This document shows, one piece after another, positions 40,410 to 56,793 of a DNA stretch of 64,000 bases. The notes beneath the pieces were generated by a model, which made no database searches, was not told where the DNA came from, and worked only from the letters and a program-made list of their open reading frames with translations. A program made the translations under genes and the position numbers. The stretch comes from the human T2T-CHM13v2.0 reference genome, Homo sapiens, in NCBI RefSeq assembly GCF_009914755.1, contig NC_060942.1. One strand, 5' to 3'. Every line of letters begins with the position of its first letter. Position 1 is the first letter of the stretch.

Positions 40410-42214
40410 CTACCATTCCTTGTCTCATGCTTTTGCATCTGAATGCCATCTCCTTGGCAATATCATAAGTTCCTAGAAAGTATCTGATGGACCTTCTTTC
40501 ATGTTCCTCAGAGGCCATGGTTCCAAGACCTTCTAGGCAATGAGGAAATACTTGTTTACTTTTAAATTAATATAATGTATTACAAAGGTCAGGTTTTAAT
40601 CTAAGCATTTAAATGCCAAACCAAAGTTTTTGTGTACCTTCCTAAAATATGTTTCAACTAAATTTTAATATAATATATATTTATATATTCATAAGTATAG
40701 GTTTTGTGCTTAAGAAAAGCAATACTTATGGCCTGAACTTTATCATTTCTTTAGGATACTATTCTTATTTCCATTTTGAATGAGCATTTGTTGATTATTT
40801 ATCACATTATGAAGACACACATTGAAAATATAATTTAGTTTTATGACAAACTAGAAAAGGGCCATGTAGTATAGAAGAATGAGAACTTAGGAGTAAGACA
40901 GGGTTAAATATCTAGCTATGAGAATGAATGCATATTCCTGAGCCCCCATTTTCTACATGCTAAAATTGGGAAATTAATAGCCAACACATAGAGTTTGGAA
41001 GAAAATTAAGTGATGCAACAAATGACAAAATACAGTGTTTGTTCAATGAACAGCACTTAGGGGCAGTAGTACTAGTAGCATAGCAGAGATAGTAGTAATT
41101 TTTGTTATTTAATATCAAGTTTTATGACCAGGCTTAAGTCCAAAAATCTATGCAATATTTTTTTCTGCATAAAGCTGCTTCTTACCAAAATGAGTTGAAC
41201 CTAAATGAATATGTAATCACTGTAAAGTTATATGGATAAATGATGTTTAAGATTATTCATTAAATTCTCATTGAGACATCTTTACTGAATATTATATACA
41301 AGGCAGAAGATTAATTGCTGTACGAGATATAAAAATAACACAGGATCACAGGATCCCTGACCTCAAGGTTACTAAAATCTAATAAAGGAGACAGAAATAC
41401 ATATAAATCACTATATTGAAGGGCAGAATAGAATTAAATGCCATATAACCATGTAAAGAAAGACCATAGAATTCAAACAATGGACAGGTTACTTTCAATT
41501 TTATAGAAATGAGTTTTACATAAGTTAAAGTTAGAGAATCACAGGCAAAAAAAAATGTGTAGAGGTTTACTTTAATAGACAAATATCCATAGATACATGT
41601 GCCTTTGTCCATGGAAAAGCATTGATTTGACTCTGGTCCTGATATTTGATATTTTGAATGAACAGCAACCCAACATAGAGGAAAAGCTGAACACCACCAA
41701 CATTTTCAGGTATTTGTTTTGAACAACATAATTTTATTGTCTACTGAGTCTATATTGTAACTCACAGGTTTAGACATACTTATATGGGTATATGTTATAT
41801 TTTCAAGACTGTCCTGCAATGCCAGGCAGAGAACAGCAATTGCTTGGAGTTCACATTTACACCACCACAACCTTCATCTTTAGCCCATCTTGGAAAGGAT
41901 AGTGTCCATTCCCGTAATCTTGCTGTGATGACACTGTGTTTTGGTAATGGAACTTTTAAATGTCTTCTGCCTCTCTGGATCCCTGGAGTTAGACTATGTA
42001 CATCATTGATTATCCCTTCCCCGGCCCCCAGCTAGAACTCTTGAGATAATAAATTCTCATTATAAGCAATGGCTTATTGTAGCTACAACATATCCTAGCC
42101 CCCAGTCAAGGAGATTCTCTATTTACCAAAACTACTACTGGTTGATGGTCCCTAATCCAAAAATTCAAAATCCAAAATGCTCCAAAACAGGAAACTTTTG
42201 GAACACTGACATGA

Positions 42215-42568
42215 GGTGTTAGTCCATTTTCACGCTGCTGACAAAGACATACCCGAGACTGGGAAGAAAAAGAGGTTTAATTGGACTTACAGTTCCACAT
42301 GGCTGGGGAGGCCTCAGAATCATGGCGGCGGGGTGAAAGGGACTTCTTACATGGTGGCAGCAAGAGAAAATGAGGAATATGCAAAAGCAGAAACCCCTGA
42401 TAAACCCATAAGATCTCATGAGACGTATTCACTATCATGAAAATAGCACAGGAAAGACGGGCCCCTATGATTCAAGTACCTCCCCCTGGGTCCCTCCCAC
42501 AACGTGTGGGAATTCTGGGAGATACAATTCAAGTTGAGATTTGGTAGGGACACAGCCAAACCATATCA
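42215..42568 (-). mobile_element. THE1A solo LTR
   Basis: …cacagccaaaccatatca end; TSD catga (42210-14, 42569-73). Confidence 0.92.
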
Positions 42569-42756
42569 CATGACATCACAAGTAGAAAATTCTACGTAAG
42601 TAGAATTAACACAAACTTTGCTTCATGCATGAAATTATTTAAAACATTGCATAAAAATTACCTTAAGGGTGTATGTATATATATATATATATATGTATAG
42701 TATATATGAAATATAAATGAATTTTGTGTTTACATTGGGGTCTTATATCCCCAATG

Positions 42757-42880
42757 ATATCTCGTTATGTACATGAAAATATCTCATTATGTACATGAAA
42801 ATATCTCAAGATATCTCATTATGTACATGAAAATATCATTATGTACATGAAAAGATATCTCATTATGTACATGAAAATAT
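42757..42880. repeat. ~22-bp minisatellite, 5 copies (atatctcattatgtacatgaaa)
   Basis: Five ttatgtacatgaaaa cores with variable spacers. Confidence 0.9.
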
Positions 42881-45587
42881 TCCAAAATCAGAAAAAAAAA
42901 TCCAAACTCTGAAGCAGTTATGGTTCCAAGCATTTTGAACAAGGGATAATCAATCTGTATTGAGGTAAAATAATAACGAACAATATTAATAATAATTCTT
43001 TTCAAAAACCAGTGAGATGCTATCTTTAAAATAAGACTTCACATCTTATCTCTTCTGCAGGCCCTCTGTCTATGCAAACAGCCCCATGCTTCAATTTAAC
43101 TAAGTCTTAAACTGCAAGCTGTTAGGGAAATCAAAGGTCTACTGTGTTCTTGGGAATTTCCGCATAGAGGCTTTGAGCCCAAGATTGAGCTATTCCTGCC
43201 CTTTAACTTTCTTTTCCCCCTCCAGCATACAATCCCCAAAATTCTTTCATTTAAATGACATTTGTGAATATCTCTGTGCTAAACCCTGGAAATACTAATG
43301 CGAATAAGGCACTCTCTGCACTCAAGAAGTTCACCCTATGGTGGAAGAGAGCGACTTTAAAGGAATAATGATGTCAGCATAATAAGCACAATAAAGTGGT
43401 GAAATAATTTACTATGCCCAAAGGCAGGGGCATCACAGTGAGAAGGGACGACTTACTTGTTGATTCATAAATTTAGGTGAGGACCTGAGCATGGATAGTT
43501 CCACTCTTTCTTTTTCTTATTTTTCCCTTCAAGTGAAAAAGGAGTAAAAAGGAAAACTCTCCAAAATGTCTTAGCTGGTGGTCTTTGAGCATGGTGACTA
43601 GATGCACCTCTAAGTGTTTTGTTTCCTTGTACCTGGATCCAGCCTGAGTGGAAGTCCTCTTCCATTACCTGATTTTCAACTTCAGTCTCGCCCCTGAACA
43701 CTTGGTGCTCAGCTGTCTTCCCCCTGGGACAAGTCTCTCCCCTACCCCAATGCCCAATTCAAACTGTACCCCAGTCACTGCCTTGCAGCCTAGGCTCTGT
43801 TGGTATGATGTTGTGAGGGAGGATGCGTCTTCCCTAATCTTAATGTTTCCTTCCCAGTTGGAGACGCACCTTAGCTTTCATTTACTAATTTAGTCAACCA
43901 ACCAATATTAATTGAATGACTACCATATGCCAGGCACTTTCTATACCCTGTCTTCATGAAATTTTCATTATACAGACATTGTCTATGGAGGATAAACAAG
44001 TAGTAGGAATATATTAGGGCGGGGGGGTGAAGAGTACTATGGAGGAAAATAGAGTAAAGAGATAGACTGTGCTGGGTAAAGGGTTCCAGATATTTTATAT
44101 AGGATAGTTAGGGAAAGCTGAGAAAAGGACATTTGAGTAAAGACCTAAAAGAATATGAAGTTTTGGAGTTCAAAGAAGTATTTCAGTCTGGAGATATAAT
44201 TTTGGGATCATCATAGACAAGGCCATGAGACTCGAGGAGAGCAAATGGGAAGAGAATAAGACAAATAAGAGTTTTAAGGATTGAATCTGAAATATTCCAG
44301 TGTTTGAAAATTAGGAAGATGAGGAGAAACCAATAAAGGAGACAGGAGAAGCAGTCAATGAAGTAGCTTAATACCACTGCCTCTTTTCTCTCTCTCTCTC
44401 TCTGTCTCTCTTCTTCTTTCTTATTTCTGCCTGAAGGAATAACTTAATTCACTGATAAGTTTGGAGGAAAACCTGATCATGGATTGTCCCACTCCTTCTT
44501 CTCTCCTTGCCTTTAAGGAGCTGGCTGCCTACAGAAAGCCTGTGTTCTGCTCTGCTTCCCTATGTGAAAATTACCAGAGACAGCATAACAAAGCATGTGA
44601 TTTTCTGTGCTGCCTGTGACTCTGGTGGGTAAGTCTGCCTCATTCTGGAATTCAGTATTATAAAGCCCATTTGTCTGCAGCTCTAAGACACATTTGCCAA
44701 TATCAGATTTACCAGTAATAAAGACAGTGTTTTAATCCGTCTGCCTGACTCCTTTGCCTTATCTCCTGATTGGCTCAAAACTCTGGCCAGCAAGAAGATC
44801 AACAGTTCATCAGGCCACCTCAAAACCCAGTATATTAGAGCATGAATTCAGACACCTATGGTCTGCAAGAATACTTTCAACTTTAAAAAGAAGTCCATGA
44901 TTTACATTCCTGCCTGTCACTCAGAAGCCAAAAAAGAGACAGAATGCCATCGACTCAGAGATATTAAAAGTGGAAGAAGAATAAGATCATCTGTTCACAG
45001 CTTTGTGAAGAGGAAACTAAATCCCAGAGAAAGAAACCTAACAAGTGGCAGAACCAGAACTATGACTCAGATCTCTTGATTCCCATGCAGTCCAAGAAGG
45101 ACTTTATCTATGAGAAGAAGGTATTCAGTTTCATTCATTCCTGAAAAAGAAACAAAACAAAACATTAAGCTGTCTTCCAGAGTATTTGTCTCCAAGCTAT
45201 CCCCACTGTTTTCTTCACATGCATCTGTTGACCCATTATATAGCCCAAAAAAAATATAAAAATAAAGAAAAAGAAAAAAAGAGAGAGGGAGAGAACTGGA
45301 TATTTAGCCACTTGAGTAATGCCACACTTAAGCACTGAAGTACCTTTCGCTCAGTGATTTTTACTTGATCAAAGAAAAAGCCTATTACTTCCTGTAATTA
45401 CCTGGGTAACTGAAGAAATGTCTACTAATGATTCATAATAGCTAACCTCAGAAGAACCCTTACCATTGTTTCCTTTGTGACTTTCACGTTCTTCTAACTG
45501 CTTTGAGCTGTAGAAGCCTTCCTCACTCTCAGGTGGTCTTACCTTCTTCTCAGAGAGAATGAAGACTTCAGAAAGAAATGTCCCTTC

Positions 45588-45805
45588 CCAGCCTGGACAA
45601 CAGAGTGAGATCTCATCTCTACAAAAAAATTTTAAAAATTAGCCAGCCATGGTGGCTCATACATGTTGTCCCAGCTTATAAGGAGACTGAGGTGGAAGGA
45701 CCACTCAAACCTGGGAAGTCCAGGTTGCAATGAGCCATGATCACGCTACTGCGCTCCAGCCTGGGTGACAGAACAAGACCCTGTCTCCACCAAAAAAAAA
45801 AAAAA
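45588..45805 (+). mobile_element. 5'-truncated AluJ
   Basis: End of left arm, right arm and A-tail. Confidence 0.88.
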
Positions 45806-46619
45806 GCACTTTCCCTCCCATATCCAACCCTACACTCAGCTATAGACACACCAGCTTCTCCTTCATTCTTTCGGTTACAACAGAAGAGGTGTCCTTCCTC
45901 TTATCAGAAACCAGTCCTCAGATTGGTCCTCCACCTCTCCTCAGATCAATCCTTTCCCACCTTCTCAGATAACACACTACCGTCAATTACCTCTTCCCTC
46001 CCCTGTGTATTCAGCTGACCTCCCACATCTGGATTCTTCCTATCAATGTTTAACAAGCTCAAATATCTTCCAAACAAAACCAGAAAACCACTTTTCTCAG
46101 TGCCACACTCATCCCACCTATAACCATATTCAGGACCAGATTAGAGTCTTCAGAGAACCTAAGTATTGAGATGATCTTTCTCATATGTAATTCAAACATA
46201 AAGATAACTGAGAAAAAGCTCTATTAAAGTATGAGGTTTTTGATGAAGATTCCTCTAGTTCCTCATTTTAAAATTGTCAAATACTAAATTATTTCCAAGT
46301 TTTGTTGTTGTTGTTGTTTTGGTGTTCCTGCTTTGCTAATGCCTTAAGCATGTAGTCAATCTGCTAAATGGGAGATCCAGAACTTCCCTTTCCCTTTTGA
46401 CGCCCAGCTGTCGTATATTCTCTCCCCATTCATTTGAATTTTCTATAACTTGCTGCCTTCAATTCCTCATTTCTCTTCCTTTTATTTCATCTATCTGACT
46501 TCTACCCTAATTATTCCACCAAAAGAGCTATCACTGACTTCCAAGACATCTAACAGCTATTTCAGTCCTTATCTTACTTGATCTCTCAATAGACTGATTC
46601 TATTGACCACCTTATTCCT

Positions 46620-46938
46620 GTTTTTTTTGTGTGTGTTTGTTTGTTTGCTTTGTTTTGTTTTTTTGAGACGGTGTCTTGCTCTGTTCCCCAGGCCAGAATG
46701 CCATGGTGCCACCATGGCTCACTGCAGCCTCAACCTCCTGGGCTCAGGAAATCCTCAGCCTCCCAAGTAGCTGGGACCACAGACACATGCCACCATGCCC
46801 AGCTAATTTTTTGATTTTCTGTGAGATGAGGTCTCACTATGTTGCTCGGGCCGATCTTGAACTCCTGGGCTCAAATGATCGTCTCACCTTGACCTCCCAA
46901 AGTGCTCAGATTACAGGTATGAGCCACTGCACCTGGCC
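46620..46938 (-). mobile_element. AluJ
   Basis: J diagnostics (cactgcagcctcaacctcctgggctca; cactatgttgc). Confidence 0.9.
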
Positions 46939-47061
46939 CATCCCCTTTTTTTGAACTGCTCTTTTCTCTGTGTTTTTTTTTTTCTTTTTTCTTTTTTTAA
47001 CATTCTTCTGGCTTTCCTCCTTCTCCTCTGACAGCTTCTTCTCAGTCCTTCTCCTTTATGA

Positions 47062-47471
<410 letters not shown>

Positions 47472-49179
47472 TCAACTACCATGTATTTTTAAAGGAATCT
47501 TCCAAGCCAGAGAGCATTTTTAAGAGTAAAGGAGGGGTACCATTGGCAACTATGCCCAGATTTTTCAGGGCCAACATGGATACATTGTCAACCTATCTAC
47601 ATGCCAATAAGTTTCTAATTTATTTTTCCACTGAAGAACTCTTCTCTGAGCAACAAACTTTTAAATCTAATTGCCTACTCACTACGCACACATGGATTCA
47701 TTAATTCATTCATTTAGCAAATATTGAATACTTATGATGGGTCAAGTACTGTTCTAAGGGCTGGTGATACAAAGTAAACATAACATAAAAATCTCCTGCC
47801 CACATAGAGTTTACAGTCAAGTTGGGGAGAGATCAACAAAAACATAAATACATAAAAATATATTTTTCACCATGATGAATGGTATGGAGAAAAAGTGGAG
47901 GAAGGGAATAGAGTGTGTTGGAAGGAAGTCTGAGACTTTAAGTAAGATTCAGATAAGGCTTCATTGAGAAGGCAAAATTTGAAAAAAAGACCTAAAAATG
48001 GTGGAGAAGAAATCAGAATGGACACCTGAGCAGAGGGAACAAAAAGGGCAAAGTTTTTCAAGTGACCATGCTTCTTCTGACCAAAAGAGGCTTTGCCTAT
48101 TGCCTTTGTGGAAATCACCCGTCTTCTCCCTTCCACCTGGCTAGTGCCTTCACATCCTTCAAATCTCAACTTAAGTGTCTTTTTCTCAGGACCATTTATC
48201 TGACTCTACAGAGAAGTGTGATCCCTCATCATATGCTATCTTAATTTTAATTTTCTCTTAGTGTGCAGTATCTGGATCATGAGCTCCCATGTAGCACCAA
48301 CTATATCTTTTTTCTATTCATCACTACATTTCTAGTGCCTAGGACAACCTTGGCATATAATTAGAAATCATAAGTATATTTTCATAAACAAGTGATGGTG
48401 TCATTTACATGTGTATGTCCAGTGCTTTCTTTCCTCAGAAGCATCTTGCTGCATCTTAAGCCAACCATTCTCAGTAATTGTATCTCTTGTATTCTAAGAC
48501 CTATTTTACTCAATTTGGTAATAATTTATTCAGCATGTGCCATGTTCCAGACATAGGGGATTTAGAAATTAATAGGCATAATCTTCATCTTTAACTTTTA
48601 TATAATCTAATATGGCAAACAGATATGTTCACAAAAAAACTATAATCTGCTCATTCAATGCTTGCTGGACACTTACTGAGGGCTTATTAAGTGCCTAGAT
48701 TTCTAGGCCCTAGAAATATAGCAGTGAATTACCCTTTGTGGAGTTTCCAACCTGGTGAAATGTGCTATACATTTATTCTGAAGGCATGAAATGACAGTAA
48801 GAAAGAAGCAATTAACTCTTCTTCTAGGCGATAGGGACCGTTGAGAAAGACATGATACAAGCAACAAGTAGATGCTCCCCGTGTAGAACTCTGGGACCTA
48901 CAATTTGAGTACCTTTGATGCCTTACCACAGAGTTTTATCCTGAGGCTACTGAAGCATGTTTAAGCATTAGAGTGACATCATTAGTTAGGTATTATGAAA
49001 GACAGTGTTGGCAACACAATCAAGAGTGTCATTTTGAAAACTATTCCAAAGTCTGAGGAAGAAATGATCAAGGTCCAGAACAGAATAGCAGCAATAAGGT
49101 TATAAAGTAAGAAATATAGGTTAACTTATCAAATTTAATGGCTTAAAAAAGGAAAACTCAAAGATGAGAAGAGTTTTTT

Positions 49180-49393
49180 ATAAAAAACTTTTATTTTCAG
49201 TTCAGGGATACTTGTGCAGATTTGTTACATGGGTAAACTTCTGTCGTGGGGATTTGTTGTACAGATCATTTCATCACCTGGGTATTAAACCTAGTACCCA
49301 TTAGCTATTTTTCCTGATCCTCTCCCTCCTCCCACCCTCCACTCTCCAGTAGGCCCCAGTGTGTATTTTTCCCCTCTATGTGTCCATGTGTTC
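49180..49393 (-). mobile_element. L1PA (PA13-like) 3' stub
   Basis: L1PA 3'UTR; TSD-like gatgagaa…gttttt both sides. Confidence 0.85.
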
Positions 49394-49424
49394 GATGAGA
49401 ATGTTTTTAATTTGAAAGATAAGA

Positions 49425-49820
49425 TGAGTTACGGAAGATATTGTTGTATTCCCAACCAACCCATTCCTTCTGACTTCTGTGCACACAGATAGATTACATA
49501 TCCCAGCCTCCCTTACAGTTAGGTGTGGCAATGTGACTGAATTACAGTCAAGGGAATGTGAGCAAAAATGATGAGCACCACTTCCAGTCTTCATCAATAA
49601 AAATCTCCCCCACTCTATCTTCCATTCTCTTCCCCTGTCAGCAAGATGTCAGTGCACACAGTGATGAAAGAAGAGCTTCTGTTACCCTGGATCCCTGAAA
49701 GCAGAGCCCATATCCCGGTCTTATTGACTGGACTTCACGTTTGTAAGAAACAAACATCTACCGTGTTGAGCCACTAAGTCTTGGGGATTTACCCAGAAGC
49801 TAGGGTTAACTTAACTAATA
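49425..49820 (+). mobile_element. MLT1 (I/J-like) LTR
   Basis: tcccagcctcccttacagttaggtgtggcaatgtgactga…gagccactaag…actaata. Confidence 0.75.
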
Positions 49821-51131
49821 TCATGTGGTGAGACTAACTAAGATTGAGATTCAGAGCAGAAGCTGATGTGGAGGTAAAGAGTTCAACCTAGGCCATATTT
49901 AGTTTAAGATTCTTTGAACACACCCATGTATTTACAAATAGTAGTCCACAGTACAAGCAAAGATTTGGAAGTTATTGAAATATAAATGACTGAAGCCCTG
50001 GTCCTGATTAAAATTATATAGGGAGAGGGTATAGAGGAAGAAGAGATAAAGCCCTGGAATGGGGAATAGCAACACTTAAAGAAAGGCAGGGAAAAAAAAA
50101 GACAGGTCAAATGGTAAAAGAAGACTTTCTCAAAAACTTTCATGGTTAGTATTTTATATAATAAACCACAGTGTTGGTCTTGGAATTCTGTCTAATGACC
50201 ACTCATCTTTGTTAAACTGACAGTCACATAAGCCATATTACTGCCTCCCTCTGCTTTGTAAAACTTTGAATTCAATAAACTCATTAATGCTTCCCACAAT
50301 GAAAGCTCTAAAATTCAACACAATCATCCTTACCACCTAAAATGCCAAAATTCATCTAGATGTTGTATGAAATTTTAAAACCTACCAGTGGCTCCTGATA
50401 AATTCTCTGACATTTTATGATCTCTTTGGTAAAGACATGGTTTTACCTGTATAATCAACCTACTTTTTTTATTCCTTCCAAAGTTGTTTTCATGTGCATT
50501 ATTCATTTAATGCCCCTAGTAAATCCACATGGTTGGTGAACATAATAGGGGCTTGAGACATACTGACAAACTATCAAAAAGGGCTAATACATTAGTATTG
50601 GGCCCACATCAAAACAAAGCAAAATCCATGAGGCAGGAGAACTGTCTCCCAAAGATATCTTCAAGGAAAAGATACTCATTTTAAAATGTTACTTCAATCC
50701 CAGAGGTCATCCATTCATCAAGTCTCTGTAGTTTGTAAGTCTCACAAGTCTTTTTAATGTGACATCAAGGGACATGTTACATCCTGACTCACAATTCGAG
50801 TCACTATAAATAATCCCCCAAACAGAGTGAGCAACTGATAAAAGATGCATTCTGAACAAAAACAACTATTTATTTGACAGTTGCACCATCTTTTGTCACA
50901 ATCGCTTTTAGCAAGTTTCAAATATATTTTGAATAACTAACTCCTCACAGATGGGGTATATTATGAATTTACATGCCTAAAAAAGTAACTATTTTAAAAT
51001 CTTCCTGATATAAATTATTTTCTAAAATAATCATGAGTTAAAAACCGACATTCAGATGAGTTCTCATAAATTTCCACTTTTGTTTATGCCTTCTCTCTTT
51101 CTAATATCTTCAAATACTATTCATTTTATTT

Positions 51132-51521
51132 TTACATGATTAATTTTACGTGTCAACTTGGCAAGACTATGATGACCAGTTGTATGGTCAAACGCTATTC
51201 AATGGGTTGCTATAAAGGTTTTCTTTAAATGTGATTAACATTTATAATCACTTTAAGTAAAGCAAATTACCCTCCATAATATGGGAGGGTCTCATCCAAT
51301 CAGTTAAAAACAATGAGCAAGACAAGCTTTCCAAAGAAAAATTCTTGTCCTAGACTGCAACATGGAAATTCTGCCCTAATTTTCAGACTTCAAACTCAGG
51401 TCTGCAACTTCAACTGTTACTGGAATCTCCACCCTCCCAGCTTGTCCAGTAGCTTCTCAGTCCCTATGATCACAAAAATATCCCATCCCTTCCCCTTCCC
51501 CTCCCCCATCTCTCTCTCTCT

Positions 51522-51562
<41 letters not shown>

Positions 51563-51596
51563 TATTGGTTTGGTTTTTCTGGAGAACCCTAACACA
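51132..51596 (+). mobile_element. MLT2D-like LTR containing (TC)8(GT)18
   Basis: attaattttacgtgtcaacttgg…ctggagaaccctaacaca; microsatellite 51509-51560. Confidence 0.8.
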
Positions 51597-51995
51597 TTCC
51601 TTTCATATTCATTTCTAAATTTTCTTCAATCAAGAGTATATTTCATGGATGTATATCTATAGGAAGATATCTTTCAAGTAGTTCCTACCCAGCAAAAAAA
51701 AAATGCTTATAACTAATGTGAACTGGGACCATAATTTTTGTGCATGTATGTGTGGTTCTACTACCTTTCCAAGATGTTTTTAAAGGCTTATGACAAAAAA
51801 TTTTTGAATACTAGTACACTATTGCCTTGGACAATAACGAGGTTGTAGTAAAGCAAGTTAAATTTATTAAAAGAGATGTATGTTACAAAACCTATCGGAT
51901 ATAACAAACGCAATGCTCAGAGGAAAATTTATAGCAGTAAATGCCTATGTTACAAAAGAAGAAAGGTCTCAAATCAATAACTTAACTTCACACCT

Positions 51996-52393
51996 CGTAT
52001 TCATCTGCTAATACCACCATAACAAAATACCACAGACTGGGTATCTTAAATAATAGAAATTAATTTTCTCACAGTTCTGGAGGCCAGAGGTCCAAGATCA
52101 AGGTGCCATCAGAGTTGGTTTCTGATAAGGCTTTTCTTCCTGGCTTGCAGACAGCTGTCTTCTCACTGTGCTCTCACATGGCCTTTCCTTTGTGCATGCA
52201 TGCACAGAGAGCAAGAGAGTGCTCTGATGTCTCTCCTTCTTATAAGGACACCAATCCTATCATACGAGGGCCCCACCCTTATTACTTCATTTAACCTTGA
52301 CTGTCTCTCTAATGAATTTATCCTCAAATACAGTCACACTGGGGATTAGCACTTCAACATATGAATGGGGGAGCATAATTTAGTTCAGAATAC
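51996..52393 (-). mobile_element. MLT1A-like solo LTR
   Basis: aacaaaataccacagactggg…cacagttctggaggc…cttcaacatatgaat. Confidence 0.85.
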
Positions 52394-53943
52394 ATACTCA
52401 AACATTTTTTATAAGGAGACCAAATTAAAACAAAAATAGCAGAGAGAAATATAAAGATTACAGCAGAGATAAATTAAAGAGATAATATAAAAACAACAGA
52501 GAATAAATGAAACCAAATGTTTTTTCCCAGAAAAAAATCAACAAGATTGACAAACATTAGCTACACTGAGAAAGAAATCAAGAAGAAGATGCAAATAACT
52601 AAAGTCAGAAATGAAAATGGAGACATTACTACCAACCTTACAAAAATAAAAATGATTAGAAAAGAATATTATGAATAATTATACATCAACAAATTAGATA
52701 ACCTGGATGAAATGAATAAATTCCTAGAAACATACAAATTATCAAAACTGACTCCAGAAGGAATATAAAATCGGAGCAGACTTATAGCAAGTAAAGAAAC
52801 TGAATTGGTGATTTAAGAAGCAAAATAAAGCAAAATACAACCTCCCAAAAAGTCCAGGACCAGATGGCTGCATTGGTGAATTCTACTAAATATTTAAAGA
52901 ATTAATACCAATCCTTCTCAAATTCTTCCAAAAAATAGAACAGGAGGGAACACTCCCTAACTCATTCTATGAGGCCAGTATTACCCTAATATTAAAATCT
53001 GACAAAGATACCAAAAGAAGAAAACTACAGATCAATGTCCCTTCTAAATACAGATATAAAAATTCTCAACAAAATCCTAACTGAATCCAGCAGCATATTA
53101 AAAAGATTATACATCATGTCAAAGTGGGATTTATCCCAAGAATGCAAGGGTGGTTCAACAAATGAAAATGAATGTAATATACCATCTTAATGGAATGAAG
53201 GAACAAAATCACATGATCATCTTAATTGATGCAGGAAAAGCATTTGACAAGATTAACCACTTTTATGATTTTTAAACAACCAAACAATAAACAAGGAATA
53301 GAAACTTCCTCAAGCTGATAAAAGGCATATATGAAAAAATCCATAGCTATCATCATATTTGGTGGTGAACAACTAAAGTTTCCACGCAAGTATCAAGAAC
53401 AAGATAAAGATGCTGCTTTCACCACTTCTACTCAACACTGTACTAGAAGTTCCAGCCAGAAAAATGAGGCAAGAAAAATAAATTAAAAAATACAAACTGA
53501 AAAGAAAGATGTAAAACTATCTGTATTTGCAGATGGTCCAAAAATCCCCCTCCCCCCAAAAAAGCCACTACAGTTAATCAATTTAGCAAAGTTGCAGGGT
53601 ACAAGATCAACATGCAAAAATCAGTTGTATCTTATACACCAGCAACGCACAATTTGAAAAGCAAATCCAAACAAAATAAGGGGGAAATTTACATTTACCA
53701 TGGCAAACAAAACAATAAAAAAACCTAGGAATAAATTTAATCAAGGATATGGTACACTGAAAACTATAAAACATTATTGAAAAAATTAAAGACTATCTAA
53801 ATAAATGGAAAGCCATACGATGTTCTGAATTGGAAACCTTAATATTGTTCAAATGATGTCCCAAATTGATCTACACATTTATTCTAATCCTGATCGAAAT
53901 TCCAATGGTCTTTTATGCATAAATGGAAAAGCCAATCCTCTAA

Positions 53944-54285
<342 letters not shown>

Positions 54286-55974
54286 CAAAACAATGTTTTT
54301 GTTTGTTTGTTTAAAAAGAAAACAGAAGACTCACACTTTCTCACTTGAAAAGTTACTACAAAGTTACAGTAATCAAAATAGTGTGATACTGACATATAAA
54401 CAGACATATAGATAAATGGAATAGAATTGAGAGTCAGGAAATAACCTATGGCCAATTGGTTTCTGACAAGTGTGCTAAGACTATCCAATGGGAGAAAGGA
54501 TAGTCTCTTCACCAGTGATGCTGAGGCAACTGCAAATCCACATGCAAAAGAATGAAGTTGAACTCTTTCTTCATTCTATATTCAAAAATTAACTCAAATG
54601 AATCAACAACCTAGGTACAAGAGCTAAAACCATAAAACACTTAGAAGAAAACAGGAGTAAATTTTCATGATGCTGGATTTGGCAAGGGATGCTTAGTTAT
54701 GACACCAAAAGCATGACCAACAAAAGAAAATAGATAAATTGGTCATCATCAAAATTAAAAACTTCTGTGCAAAAGGCATTATCAAGAAAGTGAAAACACA
54801 ACCTGCAGAATGCTAGCAAATATTTTCAAACCATTTATCTAACAAGGGTGTAGAATCCAGAACATATGAAGAACACTTACAACTCAACAACAAAAAGACA
54901 AACAACCCAATTTTAAAAATGGTCAAAGGATCTAAGTAGATATGTTTCCAAAGAAGATACATAAATTGCCAACAAGCACATACATGAAAAGATGCTTAAC
55001 GTCATTAGTTATTAGGGAAATGCAAATGCAAATCAAAACCATATGATGTACTACTCAACACCTAATAGGATGGCTAATTTTTTTTTAAATGGAAAATAAC
55101 AAGTGTTGGGGAGGATGTGGAGAAGTTGAAACCCTTGTACATTGCTGGTGGAAGTGTAAAATGGTTCAGCCACTGGGAAAAACAGTTTGGTAGTTCTTCA
55201 AAAAGTTAAACATAGATTTACCATACAACCTAGCAATTTTCCTACTAGGTATCTACTCAAAAGACCTGAAAACAGGTACTCAAGCAAGTATAAGTACACA
55301 CATGTTCCTACCAGCACTATTGACAATAATCAAAAGGTGGAAACACCCTAAAGTTCCACCAATAGAAGAATGGAATAACAAATTGTGATATATACCTACA
55401 ATGGAATATCAACCATAAAAAGGAAAGATGTACTGATACGTACTGCAATATGTGAACCCTAAAAACACGCTAAATGAAAGAAGGCAGATACTAAAGTTTA
55501 CCTATTATATAATTCCATTTATAAGAAATATCCAGAAAAGGAAAATCCATACAGACACAACATAAATTAGTGGTTACCAGGGACAGGGAGAAGAATTGGG
55601 TGCAAATGGTATCAGTACAGGGTTTCCTTTTGGGGTGATGAAAATGCACAATATTGCGAATGTACTAAATGCCACTAATTGTTCACTTTAAGATGGTTAA
55701 TCTTATGTAAATTTCACCTGAAATATTAAAAATTATACACAAAACAAAAGATCCTTAAAATAATACCCCTATATAGATTGTTAGCTTCCAGGAGGATTAT
55801 TCAAATGCTACATTTCTAAAGTGTTAGAATTTCTCCCCTGGAAGACTTTAAACTAAGGTAATAATGCTTTTTAACATTCTTGAGCCCTTCTTATGTATCT
55901 GAAATTATATTAAAAGTTTTATATACATTATTTCCTTAATAATATCCATCATTACCTTCAAAAACTGAGGTATG

Positions 55975-56793
<819 letters not shown>

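Larger units (their letters stand above)
42138..42958. mobile_element. Tigger4b/Zombi split by THE1A and bearing a minisatellite
   Basis: ggttgatggtccctaatccaaaaattc… and …ttccaagcattttgaacaagggataatcaatctgta ends. Confidence 0.75.

Noticed and set aside
39971-40468. 165-aa ORF
   Set aside because: Almost entirely antisense MLT2B LTR sequence with a non-ATG start.
42757-42880. Repeat-spacer look resembling a CRISPR array
   Set aside because: Eukaryotic context, no unique spacers, derived from Tigger4 sequence.
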